Notes: generated from the letters alone by a model not told the origin. Shown: positions 40,660-55,870, numbered from the stretch's first letter. The stretch: DNA of 64,000 nt from Lama glama (GCA_028534125.1 CM052817.1:82958001-83022000), one strand, 5' to 3'. Numbers and translations are program-made.

Positions 40660-41400
40660 CAAGAAGAAGGAAGAACTCACCAATGTTCAATGCTGCAGAG
40701 AAGTCAAAGGATATGAGGATCAAGAACTAACCATGAGTCAGCAAATGATGAACAATGGTGACTTTGATAAGACCAATTTCTGTGGAGTGGGTGAGTGAGC
40801 AGAAAGCCCATAAGCTCCATGAGAGAATGTGAGTAATTACTAACTGCAAATACAGATTGCCATATCCTCAGATTTGCTTTAAAAGGGAACAGGGAAATGG
40901 GACAATAGCTAGAGGGAAATGGGGGAAGAGGATTAAAAAATGTTTTGTGTTGTTTTGTTTTTAACTGAAATTCATTACAGTTTTTGCTTGTTTGTTTGTT
41001 TGTTTTAGGCTGGTTGCTGTAATTCAACAAGGAGAGAGAAATTATGAAGCAAAAGGAGAGGGCAGAATTTCTGGAATGTGGTCTTTGAGTAAATAAAAGT
41101 GAAAAGATTCAGTACAAAAATATGAATAGTGGCTTGGATATGAATAATGCATCCAAGATAACAAGAAAAAAGGTAGAGGACATGGTCATGGATAATGGGA
41201 CACTGACGGTAAGAAATTGTCAGAGTTCACCTGATTTCCTTTTCTCTCTCTGTGAAACTGTGAATAAATCAGGAGGTTTGGTCAAAGGGGAAAAGTTATG
41301 AAAAAGGCATCCAGGAAAGGAAAGGTCTAGAGAAATATGGTATGACTGCTAGAGAGCAATAAGGAAAGTTTGAGTTTAGCACTCATGACAGTTGAATACA
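40660..41400 (-). mobile_element. LINE-2 fragment
   Basis: tcaatgctgcagagaagtcaaaggatatgagga...tggtgactttgataagaccaatttctgtggagtgg. Confidence 0.75.
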
Positions 41401-44400
41401 TGACACTTGAAATGAAAAAGTATGAAAAGGTACAGGTACAGCCAATGAGGTTAAGAATATGTCAGAATGATCCATAGTAAGTATATGGGTATTAATGTGT
41501 TTTCTTGTTAGGAAGGAATTAGAATACCATTTTTCAAATCCATTTTCTTAAACTTCTTATATAAAGTGATGATTCACAGAAGAATAGATTTATTCTCTGA
41601 GAGGGGACATTTCACTTCATGCCCAGACTCCTATAGCCCATTTACCTAGAAATACGCCATTCTCTTTCTCTTTCCCTTAGCTACCCAACCTTCATAATAT
41701 ATTAGATTTTTCAGATTCATGTCTTATCCAGACCCTTTGTTCTAATCTAGTAGTTACTCAGTTACCACAATTTCAGGCCACAAATGCATGTGACACATGA
41801 GACAGAAAAGAAGAAGAAGAAAAAAAAATTATTGAATAAACCTCCATTATTCAACCCAATTTCTTGAGCTCATATTCTACAGGATCATCAAAAATTAAAC
41901 ATTACTCAGTTAGGAAACACCCTCTTAATCCCCCAGGTTTGCATCTAAGTTCTTGACAGCTGACACAGTGTCAGGGCATCATTTATCATCTAGCCGCACT
42001 GACATGAGGTGTACCACCAGGCCCTCCATCTTGGCCATGAGTGCCTGAGGCTGATGTTTAGTCACTTTCATTTTCTAACCACAGAATTCTTACCAACAGG
42101 ACACTTAGTCACCTCTTGCCCAACTAGAATGAGACTTTCAAAGGCCCAGAGTAGCAGGGTTGGGTCGGGGCAAGATGAGTGGTGGGGAAACAGGCGGGGG
42201 GGGGGGGGGACAGGTGGAAGTAACTGCTCTGCATCTTGTTTTCCCTTTCACTCCCATTCTCCTTCCCCAATCCTAGGGAATCTATCTGAATTCGATACTG
42301 GAAAGAAATTCCCTGCTTTGACATAACAGTTTTCCTTACTATACCTGAATCCATTCTGTTCTCCTCAGTTGCCCTCAGGAGCTAAAATTTTGATACTAAA
42401 AAGTCAGAGAGAAAAGAACCTTTTTTACTCTGTTTTCTATGGGATTAATTCCAGCATATCCCTTTTCTCAGGTCCAGACCCAGAACTGTTAAGCTGCTAG
42501 CCTCACCACCATTATTATTAAGGACCAGGGGAGATCATTCAAAGTATCAAAATTAGTGTCTTGTCTCATTAATTCGATAATGATGGCAGCACATTGCTGA
42601 TTTAGGAGGCGAGAGTCAGAATGCTGGAGTACAAACAGAAGTAATACCCCAGGGAATTACTTCCCAGTGAAAACACTGTGCAAGGAAGCAGTACAAATGC
42701 AGGGCACATTTATACTTTCAGCATTCACCACTTTGAAATTATCTCAATTGTATTGCTGGAACACCAAGAAAAAAAATACTCCTTTTCACTGTTAGATCGA
42801 CAAATAGATAGATAGAAGTAGATAGATAAATATAGGTTTATAAATACATACTGTATTTAAGTAATATATGTATATTTTTTAAATTAAAAAAAAATCTGGA
42901 CACTTAACCAGGGTATGCTTCACAATAAAATCAAGTCAGATAAAAAAAATAGTGCTTTCAGAATTTCAATCCCTGCTTTTAGTTCCAGCACATCTGCAGG
43001 AGTAATAAGTTTTGTGATTTCTTAGAGTCTTGTGGTTAACCTCACAGCATGGAATGAATTATCTACAATTCCATCCTTCATTAAAACACCCTTTCCACAA
43101 AACGTGTCAATGAAGTCAGAACCTAGCTGGCCACGGATCAGCCAGAGCTCTGACCATCCACTTATTTTTTTTTCACCATATTCCTTAATTACAGCAAAAC
43201 AGTCATTCATTCCAAAGAGTTTTAAACTGTTTATGTTGTGCCCTGACTAAGTTAAGCACACCTATAATGTTTTAATTTGAACAGGGTGAATATACACATG
43301 CATCAAAGTTAAACGCCATGCCATGTGGATAAACACAAATATCTTTGACCTCAAACAAGACTGAATGATTAAATTTAATCATTCTTCTCTCAGACTGCAC
43401 AAATACATTCCTTTGAAGGATATTTAATAATATTTACAAAAGCCTTTAACTCATAACCCTGCCCACAAAATCTATAATTCCCAAAGAGTGCTTAAGTTTG
43501 AGAAAAGGCAAAGGAGAATGTCACTTCAAAAGTTGTTTTGGCAACATTAATTTCACATTTTCACTTCTGAGCACATGCAAATTGCTCTTCTCCCATTCCC
43601 ATTCCTCCCTTTCATCTCTTGTTCTTGATGAGTTTGGTAAAAAGGAAAGCGTTTGGGTAAAGGCATTCCTCCCTTTTCGTATCTCTACTATGGTGACGTA
43701 ATCAACCATAAAGATCCCCAAATTAAAAACATAACATCCCCTCAATTGAACACTTGGGGAGATTTGCCAAAGGCCATTGTTTAGACTCTAGCTAAAGTCT
43801 GTAGTCAAGAGTCATTACCTTCCAGCAGCTGACTGAAGTAAACAGATACATATTCAGTAAGCAATAAAAAGAACAACAGAATTTGCACCTGAATTGAAAC
43901 AGAAGTCCAGAATTGAACTGAATGTTCTTAGAAGTAAGAATTTCGTGAGGAGTCAGGGACTATATTACCCTTCAAAACCCTTACAGTGCTTCATAGGCCA
44001 ATGTAAGAACAAAGGAAAAACAGTTACAAAAGATGTTTATACAGTCTTTGAATATCTGAAATATTCAAATCTCACTTGAAAAAGAGATCATGTAGCCTAG
44101 TTTCTCTTCCTCAAAAATATAACAAACTTTTTTGGATACTTTAAAGTCTATTAATAAATAACTTTACTCTATTTACATAAATTATATTGATAGGAAACAT
44201 AATTTTCAAGTGTAAATGATCTATTACTTTGAATAACTGGGTTGGTACATGTGCCAGAAATCATTATTAGGATGCCAAACCACATTAAAATCAGGTGTTT
44301 TATTTTCAAATGAATATCTACTACTCATCTTTTTTACTCCGTACATTATTCTGGAATTTATTAATGGAATTTATTAATATTTATGATGATATTTCTAGTC

Positions 44401-47029
44401 ATTAAATGCAAATTTTTTCTTAACTTGTAATGGTTTCTACAATTGTATTTGGAAGTGTAGCTCGATGAAGAAAAGTAATCATTGCTTTGTAATGAAGAGT
44501 AAGAATATCAGTTAATGAGATTGACTATTACACTATAAGAAGGACTTTTAACACAAGCAAGCATCATGAAATTGTGTCACAAACTATTTTTATATAGATT
44601 TTCAAACTTTCTGGAGTTGATTCTTACCTTCTTAACCAAGAGTCCTGGTTTTGGGTTTTGTTTTTTTGGTTTTTTTTTTGGCATTGATAGGAGTCCTGGC
44701 TAAACAGTACCATAACTTCACTCCCTCCTCCTGTTTCATGAGAATTCTTGTCACTGATACATGAAAGAATCCTTGGATACATTCTTGCTGTTCATATTCT
44801 CTTCAGAGTAGGGATTAGGGGTCATCTGCATCAATAACAGATTTATGCATTATATACAACTTTCTTCCTAAGCTCTCTTTTCTTTACAAATGATGGAAAA
44901 CTGACATAGTATTTTGGTTAATTGTCCTTACGTTCAAGTAAATTCTTCTGCATTAACTGCAGTCTGTGTTCAAATGATGCCTCCCTTATGCCGTTGGAAC
45001 TGAAATATATAAATGAGTCTTATCTTTGATGCAAATGAATTATAACTAGGTTTAGGAAGAATATAAAGATAATTTTTAGGCATGATGGCTAAAATGCTAG
45101 AGTTTCCTAAACATTCTTTTGAATTCCCTAGTTTCACCAAGGGTTTAGTACAAGAGCAGTGAAGATGCAAATTCAGAAAGTTCTGGGTTAAAAACTCTAA
45201 ATCAAGTTTTGACTTGGTTTACAAGATTTACTGCCTGTGCCCAGGAAATTCTGAGTTCTGTTTTTTAAAGACTAATTAGAGGATTGGTTTTATATGACCT
45301 TGGTGGGGGGGAGTAGGGGTTTTGGAACCAAACCATTTCTATCACGTGTGTGCGGAGCACCTATGTGCTATGCTAAATGCCACTTCCCTCTTCCTCCTAG
45401 TATATGAGAATCTTCACCCAAGCGTTTATTTAAGCTGTGAACCTTGCAAAATCAAGAAGGAAAGGACCCTTGAGAACTTTCATGCCATTGGGATTTAATC
45501 AAAGGAAGCTGTATCACCTACTTCCTGACAGCCATTCCTGATGTGCCCTTCTTTAAACAGCCACGGTGTCACTTCTCTACTCTTCGTAGGACATTCTTTC
45601 ATAGACCTAACAGCCTCACTTTTATTCAAGTACATGTTTTATCCAGCCAGTGAATTACAAGCTCCTTGAAGTTAGGGAAATTTTATTCATCTTCTATTCT
45701 ACACAGCATTTTTTATCATATTATATTGAAAGTGATCAATAAAGGTGATATATTATTTTAAAATCACACTGGTATCGTTCCTTCTTATAAGCAAAAGTGC
45801 CTAATGCCTTCTGGTAATCAAAAACTCTAATGAAAGAACCAAGAAATTCATCACAATCTGGGACTTAGTGTGAATGCAATTAATAATCCTATACATTTTG
45901 AAGGGGAATTTTAAAAAATCATTTTCAGTGACAGTTCAAACTTTCACTAGAAACCAACAACGCAAGACAAAATATTTCAAAACTTTAAGTTTCTTCAGTT
46001 ATCCATAAATAAATAAGAACACCTATGCTATTTTGACACAGTACACTTTTAAGACTGGCCACAAAACCATTATTTATCTTCACACAAATAGTTTAAATGT
46101 GTTTCCCTCTAAACACTCTGGTACAATTTAGTTTCAGCTCTCCCAGGAAAAACATAATAAGAGTGTACTCATTGTATGCAGTGCAAATTAAACCCAGATA
46201 AAAGTTATTACAAAGAACATTTCCACACATGCCCTCCATCCCAGGTTCCCAGAAGATCCATTAGGGCATTCAGCACCAAAAAGAGAGGACCACATTAACA
46301 ATTTAATTTAAAATCCTTTGGTAATTTGCAATGGAAACTTACACGAGCTGGATTTAATCTAAACTGTGTTTCAGCTCCATAATGTAAAAATATAGATTTC
46401 GTCTTATATTTCAGGCAAGAATATTGAATACTGAATATCAATGAGTTTGGGAATTGGGATTGAACAGTGGTAGGAAATACCTTTTGTGTAACCATTTCTG
46501 AAATTCCTCAGTATATTACTAAGTTCCCCCTTAGCTTTCCTATGATTCCTTAAAACACGTGCCTCAAATTCTAAAAGATACTTTTTTTCCTCTATATTTA
46601 TGGAGTTGCCAATCCGATGAAAGTTTCAGAGGGCTGCACATTTAAGATTAATGGAAGCACATTGATGGAGCTCGGACTCCAGGTCTTCAAGAGCACAGAT
46701 GTCCTCGGTAATTCTGAGCCAAAGATGAACCTACCCTTACTCAACTGTCTTGGCGAATTCTTTTTTATTCTTGAAAGGCTCCAAGGCTTTGTACTTTCAA
46801 GCTTTTACCTTGAATTATCCTTGTATTTCACCCTAGATCAGGTCTTATTATTTTGCCCAGGCTTGATTAGCACCAGAACCCTAAACTATTCTTGGTGAGA
46901 GCATACAATAAGTGAGCCCTTGTATAAAATCAATATGAGTCTTTGAAGCAAAAGGTTACCTGTGCTTTGTTCTACTTTGGTAACTTTACATATTAGGATA
47001 AACAGAAATCAACCATCATAAATATTCAA

Positions 47030-47185
47030 GCCAGATTTCACTTATGGAGTCACATTCAAAGAGATTCTGATTCAATAGTAGTAGGAGGGGCTTGTGAGAT
47101 CATCATTATCAGGAGCCCCCTAGATGATTCTGATGCATGTACAATATGGACAGGTCAACCCTTTGAACCACACGTGGGAAGCACA
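47030..47185. mobile_element. hAT-Charlie MITE (MER5-like)
   Basis: agagattctgattcaatagt...ccccctagatgattctgatgca; similar weaker copies at ~14625-14720 and ~46610-46725. Confidence 0.65.
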
Positions 47186-48184
47186 GTATGTGTTTAGAAC
47201 ATGAAAGCTCGTGTCTTTACCACTTCACCACTTAAAGAAACACTGGTATTAATGTTTCTAGTAGGGTGTTTCTATCTTAGTTCATTAACCTCTATAATAA
47301 TGTACTATATTGGCTTAAAAACTTCTGATGAAATTCAAGAATATTTGAAAAGAAAGGGTCATTTTTTTCAAATGTTTCTTTAGCAAATATTTTTAACTTA
47401 AGACATAATGGTGTCTCTAACACTTAACAAGCTGGACATAATTATTTTAATTATTATAACTATAATAATGATACGTGAATTTTAAGATGACTTTAATTTC
47501 TTAGAGAGAACAATTACTTTTTTACAAACTGTAGGGTTCCTGTAGCTGTAGTGATACCAAAACTGGTGTCATGGTTGTTTTGTGTGGCTTGGCCACAACC
47601 ACTTTTCTTAAAATCATACTTAGTTTTTTGTCTTAGTTCTTTAATGAATTCTGTTTAACATTATGTTGTCATCTTTAGTATGCTTCTCACAAAAACTTTA
47701 CAGCATGCATCTTTAGTCCCTTGAAATGAGTACAGCTATAAAAATAATTGCAGGCAATATAGTAAACACTGGTAGAGAAACAGAAAGACTAAAGCTTTCG
47801 GTAAGATTAAGTGAGCCCATTAGCAGTTCTGAGACTACTTATGCATCTGTAAATGGGGAGAGTATGGAATTACAGCAAATGAGCTGTGTAAGAGTGAAAT
47901 GAGGCTTTGGACATAGAGATGCTTTTAAAAGAAGGAATTATACAGCAGTGAAGTATCATTATCACCAAGTATGTAACTGCAGAGCACTTTGGATAACAGG
48001 ACATAGTAACTGCTCAACAGTTAGACAAGTTGCTCTAAAACATTTTGGTTTTAGGATTCCACTGTACTCTTAAAGCTGACTGAAGATGCTAGAGTTGTTT
48101 AAATGTGTAAATATGTCATATTAAAAATTAAAACTGATAGATTTTTAAAATATCTATGTATTTATTCATTCATTCATTTAAAAT

Positions 48185-48805
48185 GCTCCTCCCCAGGAGG
48201 TATAGCTTAATCCCTATCCCTGGCCCCCAAGTATGGGCTGATGAGAACTCTTAGTGACTCACTGCTAAAGAACAGAATATAGAGAAATGGAAAAACAGTA
48301 ACTTTAGAATTAAAGGTGACATGCAATACCTTAAACAATAGATCTAGGTTAACATAACAATTAGTTATGCTGATTTTCTAATATGATGTAGTGAGAAGGG
48401 TACATTATCTCAGTGCTATAGCTCCACAAGACCCATAACCCCAGTCTAACCATGAGGAAACTCAAATTAAAGAAGATTCTATAAGAAACCTGAGCAGTCT
48501 CTTCAAAGTTGTCATGGCCACACGTAAAATAACGGCTAGGAAATTGTCTTTAGAAATACAATTAAATGCAATGTTGAATCCTGGAATGGCTCCTGGAACA
48601 TAAAAGGACATGAGAGAAAACTGGTAAAATATGAATAAAGTCTGAACTACAGTTAGCAGTAATGCATCAAAATTAATCTCTTGGCTTAATAAATGTACCA
48701 CAGTATTAAGATGTTAATAGTACAGGAAAGAATAGAAATTCTCTGTACTCACTTTACAGCCCTTCTGTAAATTTAAAAATTTTCCAAAACGAAAAGATTT
48801 TTTAA
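48185..48805 (+). mobile_element. LINE-1 3' UTR (L1MC/L1MD-like)
   Basis: acccataaccccagtctaaccatgag ... atcctggaatggctcctggaacataaaaggacat ... ttctgtaaatttaaaaattttccaaaa. Confidence 0.8.
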
Positions 48806-51165
48806 TGACTCAATGAACTAAAAAAGGAAAACACATCATCATAACAATAGATACAGAAAATCATTTGACAAACTACAATAACTACTCAAGATAAAAATTC
48901 TCAGTAAACTAAGTATAGAAAGGAAATTTCTCAATTCAATAAAGACTATCTACAAAAAACCTACAGCTGACATCATACTTAATGGTCAAAACTTAGTGAA
49001 GTTTTCCCAGTAAGATTAGGTACAAGGCAAGGATGTCCCTTCTCATTACTGTTTTTCAACACTGTACTGGAAGTCCTAACTAATGGGAAAATGCAAAAAA
49101 GGCAAATACAGTGTATACATATGGGAAAGGAAGACATGAAACAGTCCTTGTTCGTAGATGACATTATCATCTACATAGAAAATCCAAAAGAATAAAAAAC
49201 AATAACAAAAAAAATACTCTGGAACTAATAATCAATTACAGTAAGGCTGCAGGATATAAAATTAATATACAAAATTCAATTGCTTTCCAATATACCACCA
49301 AGGAACAAGTGGAAGTTAAAGTTAGAAACATAATACCATTTACATTAGTAACCATAAAGTATTAAATACTTAGGTATAAATCTAACAAAATATATACAAG
49401 ATCTATGTAAGGGAAACTATAAAACTCTAATTAAGAAAACCAAAGAAAACCTAAATAAATGAAGAGATATTTCAGTTCATGGATAAGATTCAATACCGTC
49501 AAAATGTCACTTCTTCCAAAATTAATCTATAAATTCAATGTAATCCCAATAAAAATTCAAGCAAGTTATTTCATGGATATCAACATAATTATTTTTAAGT
49601 TTACATGTAGAGGCAAAAAACCCAGGATAGCCAAAACATTGAGGAAGAAAAACAAAATTGGAGGACTGACAGTGACCCCAATTTTAAGACTTACTATAGA
49701 ACTACAATAATCAGCAAGTGTGGTACTGGTGAAATAAACAAATAGATAAATGGAACAAAACAGAGAGCCTAGATAGAGACCCACATAAATATAGCCAACT
49801 GATCTTTGACACAATGCAAAGCTAATACAATTGACCAAAGACAGTCTCTTCACTAATGGTGCTGGAACAATTAGACTTGCACATGCAAAAAAAAAAAATT
49901 AATCTCGACACAGACCTTACACTTGTCATAAAAATGAACTCAAGATGAATCATGTAAAATGCAAAATTATAAACTTTAAGAGAATAATAGAAGAAAAACT
50001 ACATGACCTTTGGTATGTGATACACACCATAGACATAATCCATAAAAGAAATAACTGATAACTTGGTCTTCAGTAAAATGAAAAACTTCTATCTGTGAAA
50101 GACAATGTCAAGAGAATTACAAGACAAGCCAGGACTGTGAGAATATCTTTGCCAATCATATCTCATGAGGAGTTAGTGTCCAGAATGTATAAAGAACTAC
50201 TACAACTCAACACCACCAAAAAAACTCACACAATTGAAAAATGACCAAGGACTTCACTAGACATTTCTCTAAGATGAAATTACCAACAAGCATATAAAAA
50301 GATGCTCAACATCACAATCATCAGAGAAATGCAAATCAAAACCACTATGAGATATAATCTCATACCCATTAGGATTTTACTACCAAAAACAAACATACAC
50401 ACACACATACACACAAATACATACACAAAAGAGAACAGAACAAGTATTGGTGCTTATATTAAGACATTGGAATCACTAAATCAGTGTGTACTTTTGATGG
50501 GAATGTAAAATAGTGCAACCCAGTAAAAACTGTATTAAATTTCCTCAAAAAGTTAAGAAGAGAACTACCATACAATCCTATCACCCCACTTGTTAGCATA
50601 TACAGAAGAACTGAAAGCAATTCAAAAAACTTCTGCAACCCAAAGGAATTAAAAGCAGCGTCTGGAAGAGGTATTTGCACACTTGTGTTCACAGAAGCAC
50701 TATTCACAAGAGCCATGGGATGGAACAAACCCAAATGTCATCGATGGTTCAGTGGATAAATAAAATACGGTACTGTATATACATAAAAGTGAATATTACT
50801 CAGCCTAAAAGAGGAAGGAAATCTTGTCACATGCTACAACATGATTAAATCTTGAGGGAATTATGCTAAGTGAAATAAGTCAGTAACAAAAAGAAATATA
50901 CTGTCTGATTCCACTTTTATCAAGTATCTAAAACAACTAAATTAGAAAGAACAGAAAGTAGAATGATGGTTACCAGGCACTGCAAGAAGGGAGAAAAGGA
51001 GAATTGTTGTCCAATGCGTATAGGGTTTCAGTTTTGAAAAACAAAAACGTTTCAGAGATCTGTTTTACAACAACATAAATATACTTAACCCTGCTGAACT
51101 TTACAATTTAAAATGGTTAAGATGGTAAATTTTATGTTATATACTTTTTCACTACATAAAAAAAT
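48806..51165 (+). mobile_element. LINE-1 (L1MB-like) ORF2 3' half and 3' UTR, degenerate
   Basis: ORF2-like peptides (SWIRFNTVKMSLLPKLIYKFNVIPIKI; IIREMQIKTTMRY) with stops and frameshifts; tail aaaatggttaagatggtaaattttatgtta...aaaaaa. Confidence 0.9.
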
Positions 51166-51189
51166 AGCTGCTTAAAATAACTGGACTTT

Positions 51190-51268
51190 ACCAAACCTGT
51201 CCACACTTTGATTTTCAACTTCTAGCCTCCAGAATTATTAGAAAATAAGTTTGTTGTTTAAGCCAAAA
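51190..51268 (+). mobile_element. MaLR LTR 3' fragment (MLT1-like)
   Basis: cacactttgattttcaacttctagcctccagaa...tttgttgtttaagcca. Confidence 0.65.
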
Positions 51269-51354
51269 ACAAAAACAAAATTTGACTCTAAGACAAGATC
51301 GATGAACTTTTTCACACGCTGAAAATCCACTAGTCTATCATGCAAGTTTTTTAA

Positions 51355-54300
51355 ATCATTTTTTAAATTGAAACATAAGTGACATACACTGTTATGTTTG
51401 TTTCATTCAGGTGTGCTACATAGTGATTAGATATTTGCATATATTATGAAATGATTACTAGGATAAGTTTAGTAACCATCTGTCCCTATATAAAGTTATT
51501 ACAATATTATTCGCCATGATCTGTATGTGTATAACATATCCCAATGGCTTATTTATTTTATTACTGGGGGTTTGTACCTCTTAAACCCCTTCATTTATTT
51601 CATCTCCAATCCCCTCCCCTCTGGCAACCACCCATTTATTCTCTGTATCCATGAGCCTGTTTTCATTTTGTTTTGTTTCTTTCTTTCTTTTCTTTTTCAA
51701 ATTCCATATGTAAATGATATCATATGGTATTTGCTTTTCCCTTTATGACATATCCCATTTAGCATAATTCCCTTTAGATCTATCCATGTTGTTACAAATG
51801 GCAAGATTCCATTATTTATTTTTTATGGCTAAATAATATCCCATTTCATATGTGTATACACACACACATATATATTCTTTATCTATTCATCTATCAGTGG
51901 AGAACTAAGTTGTTTCCATATCTTGGATACTGTAAATAATGCTTCAGTGAACACTGCTGTACATACTTCTTTTTAAATAGCGTCTTTGTTTTTGTTGGGT
52001 AAATACACAGAAGTGAAATTGCTACAACATACCTAAGTTCTATTTTTAATTTTTTTAAGAAATCATACTGTTTTCCACAGTGACTGTAACAACGTACAAT
52101 CCCACCAACAGTACACAAGCATTCCCTTTTCCCCTCATCCTTCCTGACACTTGCTGCATCTTGTGTTTTTGATGACAGCCATTCTGACAAGTGTGAGGTA
52201 GTATTTCATTGTGGTTTTGATTTGCATTTCCCTGTTGATTAGTGATGGTAAATATCTTTTCCTGTGACACGTATGTGTTCTTCAGAAAAATGTCTATTCA
52301 GCTCCTCTGCCCATTTTCAATTGGCTTGTTTATGATTTTGATGTTGACTTGAATGATTCTTTGTATATTTCAGAGATTAATGCCTTGCTGGATATGCTGT
52401 TTACAAAATCTTCCTGTATCCAATACAATGCCTTTTCATTATGTTCATAGTTTCCTTTAATGTGCAAGAGCTTTTTAATTTGATGTAGTCCCATTCATTT
52501 GTTTTTGTTTCCCTTATCTGATAGGTTGAAAAAAAAAATACCTAAGACTAGTGTAATGAGTTTACTATTTATGGTTTATTCTAGTTTTATTATTTCAGGT
52601 GTTACATTTAAGTCTTTAATCCATTTTGAAATTATTTTAGATATGGTGTGAGAAAGTATGCCAGTATGATTCTCTTGCATGTGGCTGTCCAATTTTGCCA
52701 ACAACCATTTATTGAAGAGGCTTCCCCCCCACCCCATTATATATTCTTGTTTCCTTTATTGTAGATTAATCAGCCATATAAGGATGGGTTTATTTCTGGG
52801 CTCTCTTGATTCAGTGATCTATGTATCTGTTTTTGTGCCAGAACCATACTCTTTTGATCACTGCAGCTTTGTACAATAGTCTGAAGTCAGGGACAGTACT
52901 ACCTCCAGCTTTGCTATTTCTCAAGACTGCTTTGGCTACTGGGGATCTTTTGTGTTTCTATACAAATTGTAGAATTTTTGTTCCAGTTCTGTAAAAGATG
53001 TCTTTGGTATTTTGATAGTGATTGCACTGAATCTATAGATTGCCTTGGGTAGTATGATCATTTAAAAAATGTTAATTCTTCTAATTCATGAGCACAGTGT
53101 ATCTTTTTATTTGTTTGTGTCATCTTCAATTTCTCTCATCAGTCTTACAGTTGTCAGAATGCAAGTCTTCCACCCCCTCAGTTAGATTTTATTACTAGGT
53201 ATTTTATTCTTTTAATGTTATTTAAATGGGACTATTTTCTTAATTTCTCTTTGTTAGTTTATTGTTATTGTATAGAAAATAACACATTTCTGTACATTAA
53301 CTTTGTATCCTGCAACTTTTTACTGGATTCATTTACTAGTTCTAATAGTTTTTGGGTGGCATCTTTAGGATTTTCTACATATAGTATCATGCCATCTGTA
53401 AAAAATGACAGTTCTACTGCTTTCTTTCCAATCTTGATTTTTTAAAATTTCTTTTTCTTGTTCGATTGCTGTGGATAGGACTTCCAATACTGCACTGATA
53501 CAATTGGTGAGACTGGACGTCCTTGTCTTGTTCCTGATATTAAAGGAAACGCTTTCAGCTTTTCATTGTTGAGTAAGATGTTGGCTGTGAGTATGTCATA
53601 TATGACTTTTACTATATTGAGCTATGTTCCCTCAATATCCACTTGGTTGAGAATTTTCATCATAAATGGATATTGAATTCTGTAAAAAGCTTTTATGCAT
53701 CTACTGTGATGATCATATGATTTTTATTCTTCAATTTGTTAATGTGGTATATCATGTTGATTGATTTGTGAATACTGAACCATCCATGTAAACCTAGGAT
53801 AAATCCCACTTATTGTGTATGATCATTTTAATGTATTTTTGAATTAGGTATGCTAATATGTTATTGAGGATTTTTGCATCTATGTTCGTCAGTGATAGAG
53901 ACCTGTGATTTTCTTTTTTGTGATGTCTTTGGTTTTGGTATCAGGGTAATGCTAGCCTCCTAGAATACGTTTGGAAGTGTCCCACCCTCCTCAATTTTTT
54001 CGAATAGTTTGAGAAGGACAGATGTGAACTCTTCTGTAAATGTCTCATAGAATTCACTTGTGAAGCTGTCTGGTCCTGGATTTTTACTTTTTTTATTAAT
54101 TCAATTTTATTACTAGTAATGGGTATGTTCATATTTTCTTCATCTTCCTGATTCAGTCTTGGGAGACTATATGTTTCTAAGAATTTATCCATTTCTTCTA
54201 GGTTGTGTAGTCTCATAATATTGTGGTTGAAAAAGATGCTTGAATTATTTCAATCTTAAATTTACTGAGACTTAACTTTGTATTTGATCTGTCCTGGAAA

Positions 54301-55062
54301 ATGTTCCATGTTCACTTTACAAGAATGTGCACATTGCTGCTTTTGGATGAAAAAAAATATATATATACATTCATATTCCAATTGGTTTAATATGTTGTAG
54401 AAGGCAAGTTGTCTTAATTTATTTTCTGTCTGGATGACCTCTTCATTGAAGTACGTGGTTAATGTCCCTGATAATTTTGTTACTTCCAATTTTTCCCTTT
54501 ATGTTCATTAATATTTTCTTAATGTGTTTGGATGCACTTCTGTTGGGTGCATATATATTTACAATTATTCCATCTTCTTGTTGGACTGGTCCCTTTATCA
54601 TTCTGAACTATCGTTCTTTGTCTCTTGTTCTAGTCTTTGTTTTAAAGTCTATTTTTTCATGATATTTAGTATTGCTACCACTAGCCCACTAGCTTTCTTT
54701 TTGTTTCCATTTGCATGAAATATCTTTTTTTATCCCCCTACTTTCAGTCTGCTTGTGTCTTTAGATCTTATGTGTGTGTCTAGTCTGAGGCAGCATATAT
54801 ATGGGTATTGTTTTTTAACCCTTTAACCCACTCTATGTCATTTGATTGTTATATTTAGTTCACTTACGTATAAAGTAATTACTAATAGGCATGTACTTTT
54901 TCCCATTTTGTTCATTGTTTTCTGGTTGTTTTTGTAGTTATTTTTTGTTTATTTCTTCTTCTTTCTCTCCTTGTGATTTGATGAGTATCTTTTGTGTTAT
55001 GTTTGCATTTCTTCCTTTTTTCAAAACCTATTATAGATTTTTGGTCTTAAGTTATCAGAGGG

Positions 55063-55100
<38 letters not shown>

Positions 55101-55870
55101 ATATATATGAAATGTCTTAATTTTGAATGCATTTTAACAACCTTGCATATTTACTTCCCACCCCATATTGAATGTTTTGACATCATATTTTACTTTCTGT
55201 ATATCTTAACTACTTATTGTAGATATAGATCTTTTACTACTTTTGTCTTTTAACCTTCCTACTAGCTTTATAAGTGGTTGATCTACCACCTTTATCATTA
55301 GTTTGCCTGTACCACTGAGATTTTTCCTTTCATAATTTTCATATTTCTACTGTGATCTTTACTTTTCCACTTAGTGAATCCCTTCGAAATTTCTGGTAAA
55401 CCCAGTTTCTGGTGCTGAACTCTTTTAACTTTTGTCTGTACAACTCTTTATCTGTCCTTGAAATCTGAACAATACTCTTTCTGGGCAGAGTATTCTTAGT
55501 TGTAAGTTTTTTCCTTTCATCATCTTGAATTTATCATGCCACTCCCTTCCAGCCTGCAAAGTTACTGCTGAAACATGAGCTGCTAGTCTAATGGGAGTTC
55601 TATGTATGTAAGTAGCTACTTTTCTCTTGCTTCTTTTAAAATTCTATCTTCAAATGCTGCTATTTTAATTACAATATTTCTTGACATAGATCTCTTTGGG
55701 TTCATCTTGTTTGGGATTCTCTGTTCTTTCTGGACCTAGATGCTGTTTCCTTTCCCAGGCTAGGGGAGTTTTCAGCCATTATGTCTTCAAATAAATTCTC
55801 TACCCACTTCTCTCTCTCTTCTCCTTCTGAGACCCCTATAATGCAAATGTTAATGTGCTTTACCAGTGTT
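51355..55870 (-). mobile_element. Long internally deleted LINE-1 (L1MA-like): 3' UTR, ORF2 and ORF1 remnants
   Basis: ORF2-like [22 protein letters not shown] (53941-54216) and ORF1-like NICIIGVSEGEEREKWVENLFEDIMAENSPSLGKE (55702-55926); antisense tail at ~51360. Confidence 0.92.
55064..55096. repeat. (GT)n microsatellite
   Basis: About 16 uninterrupted GT units. Confidence 0.95.
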
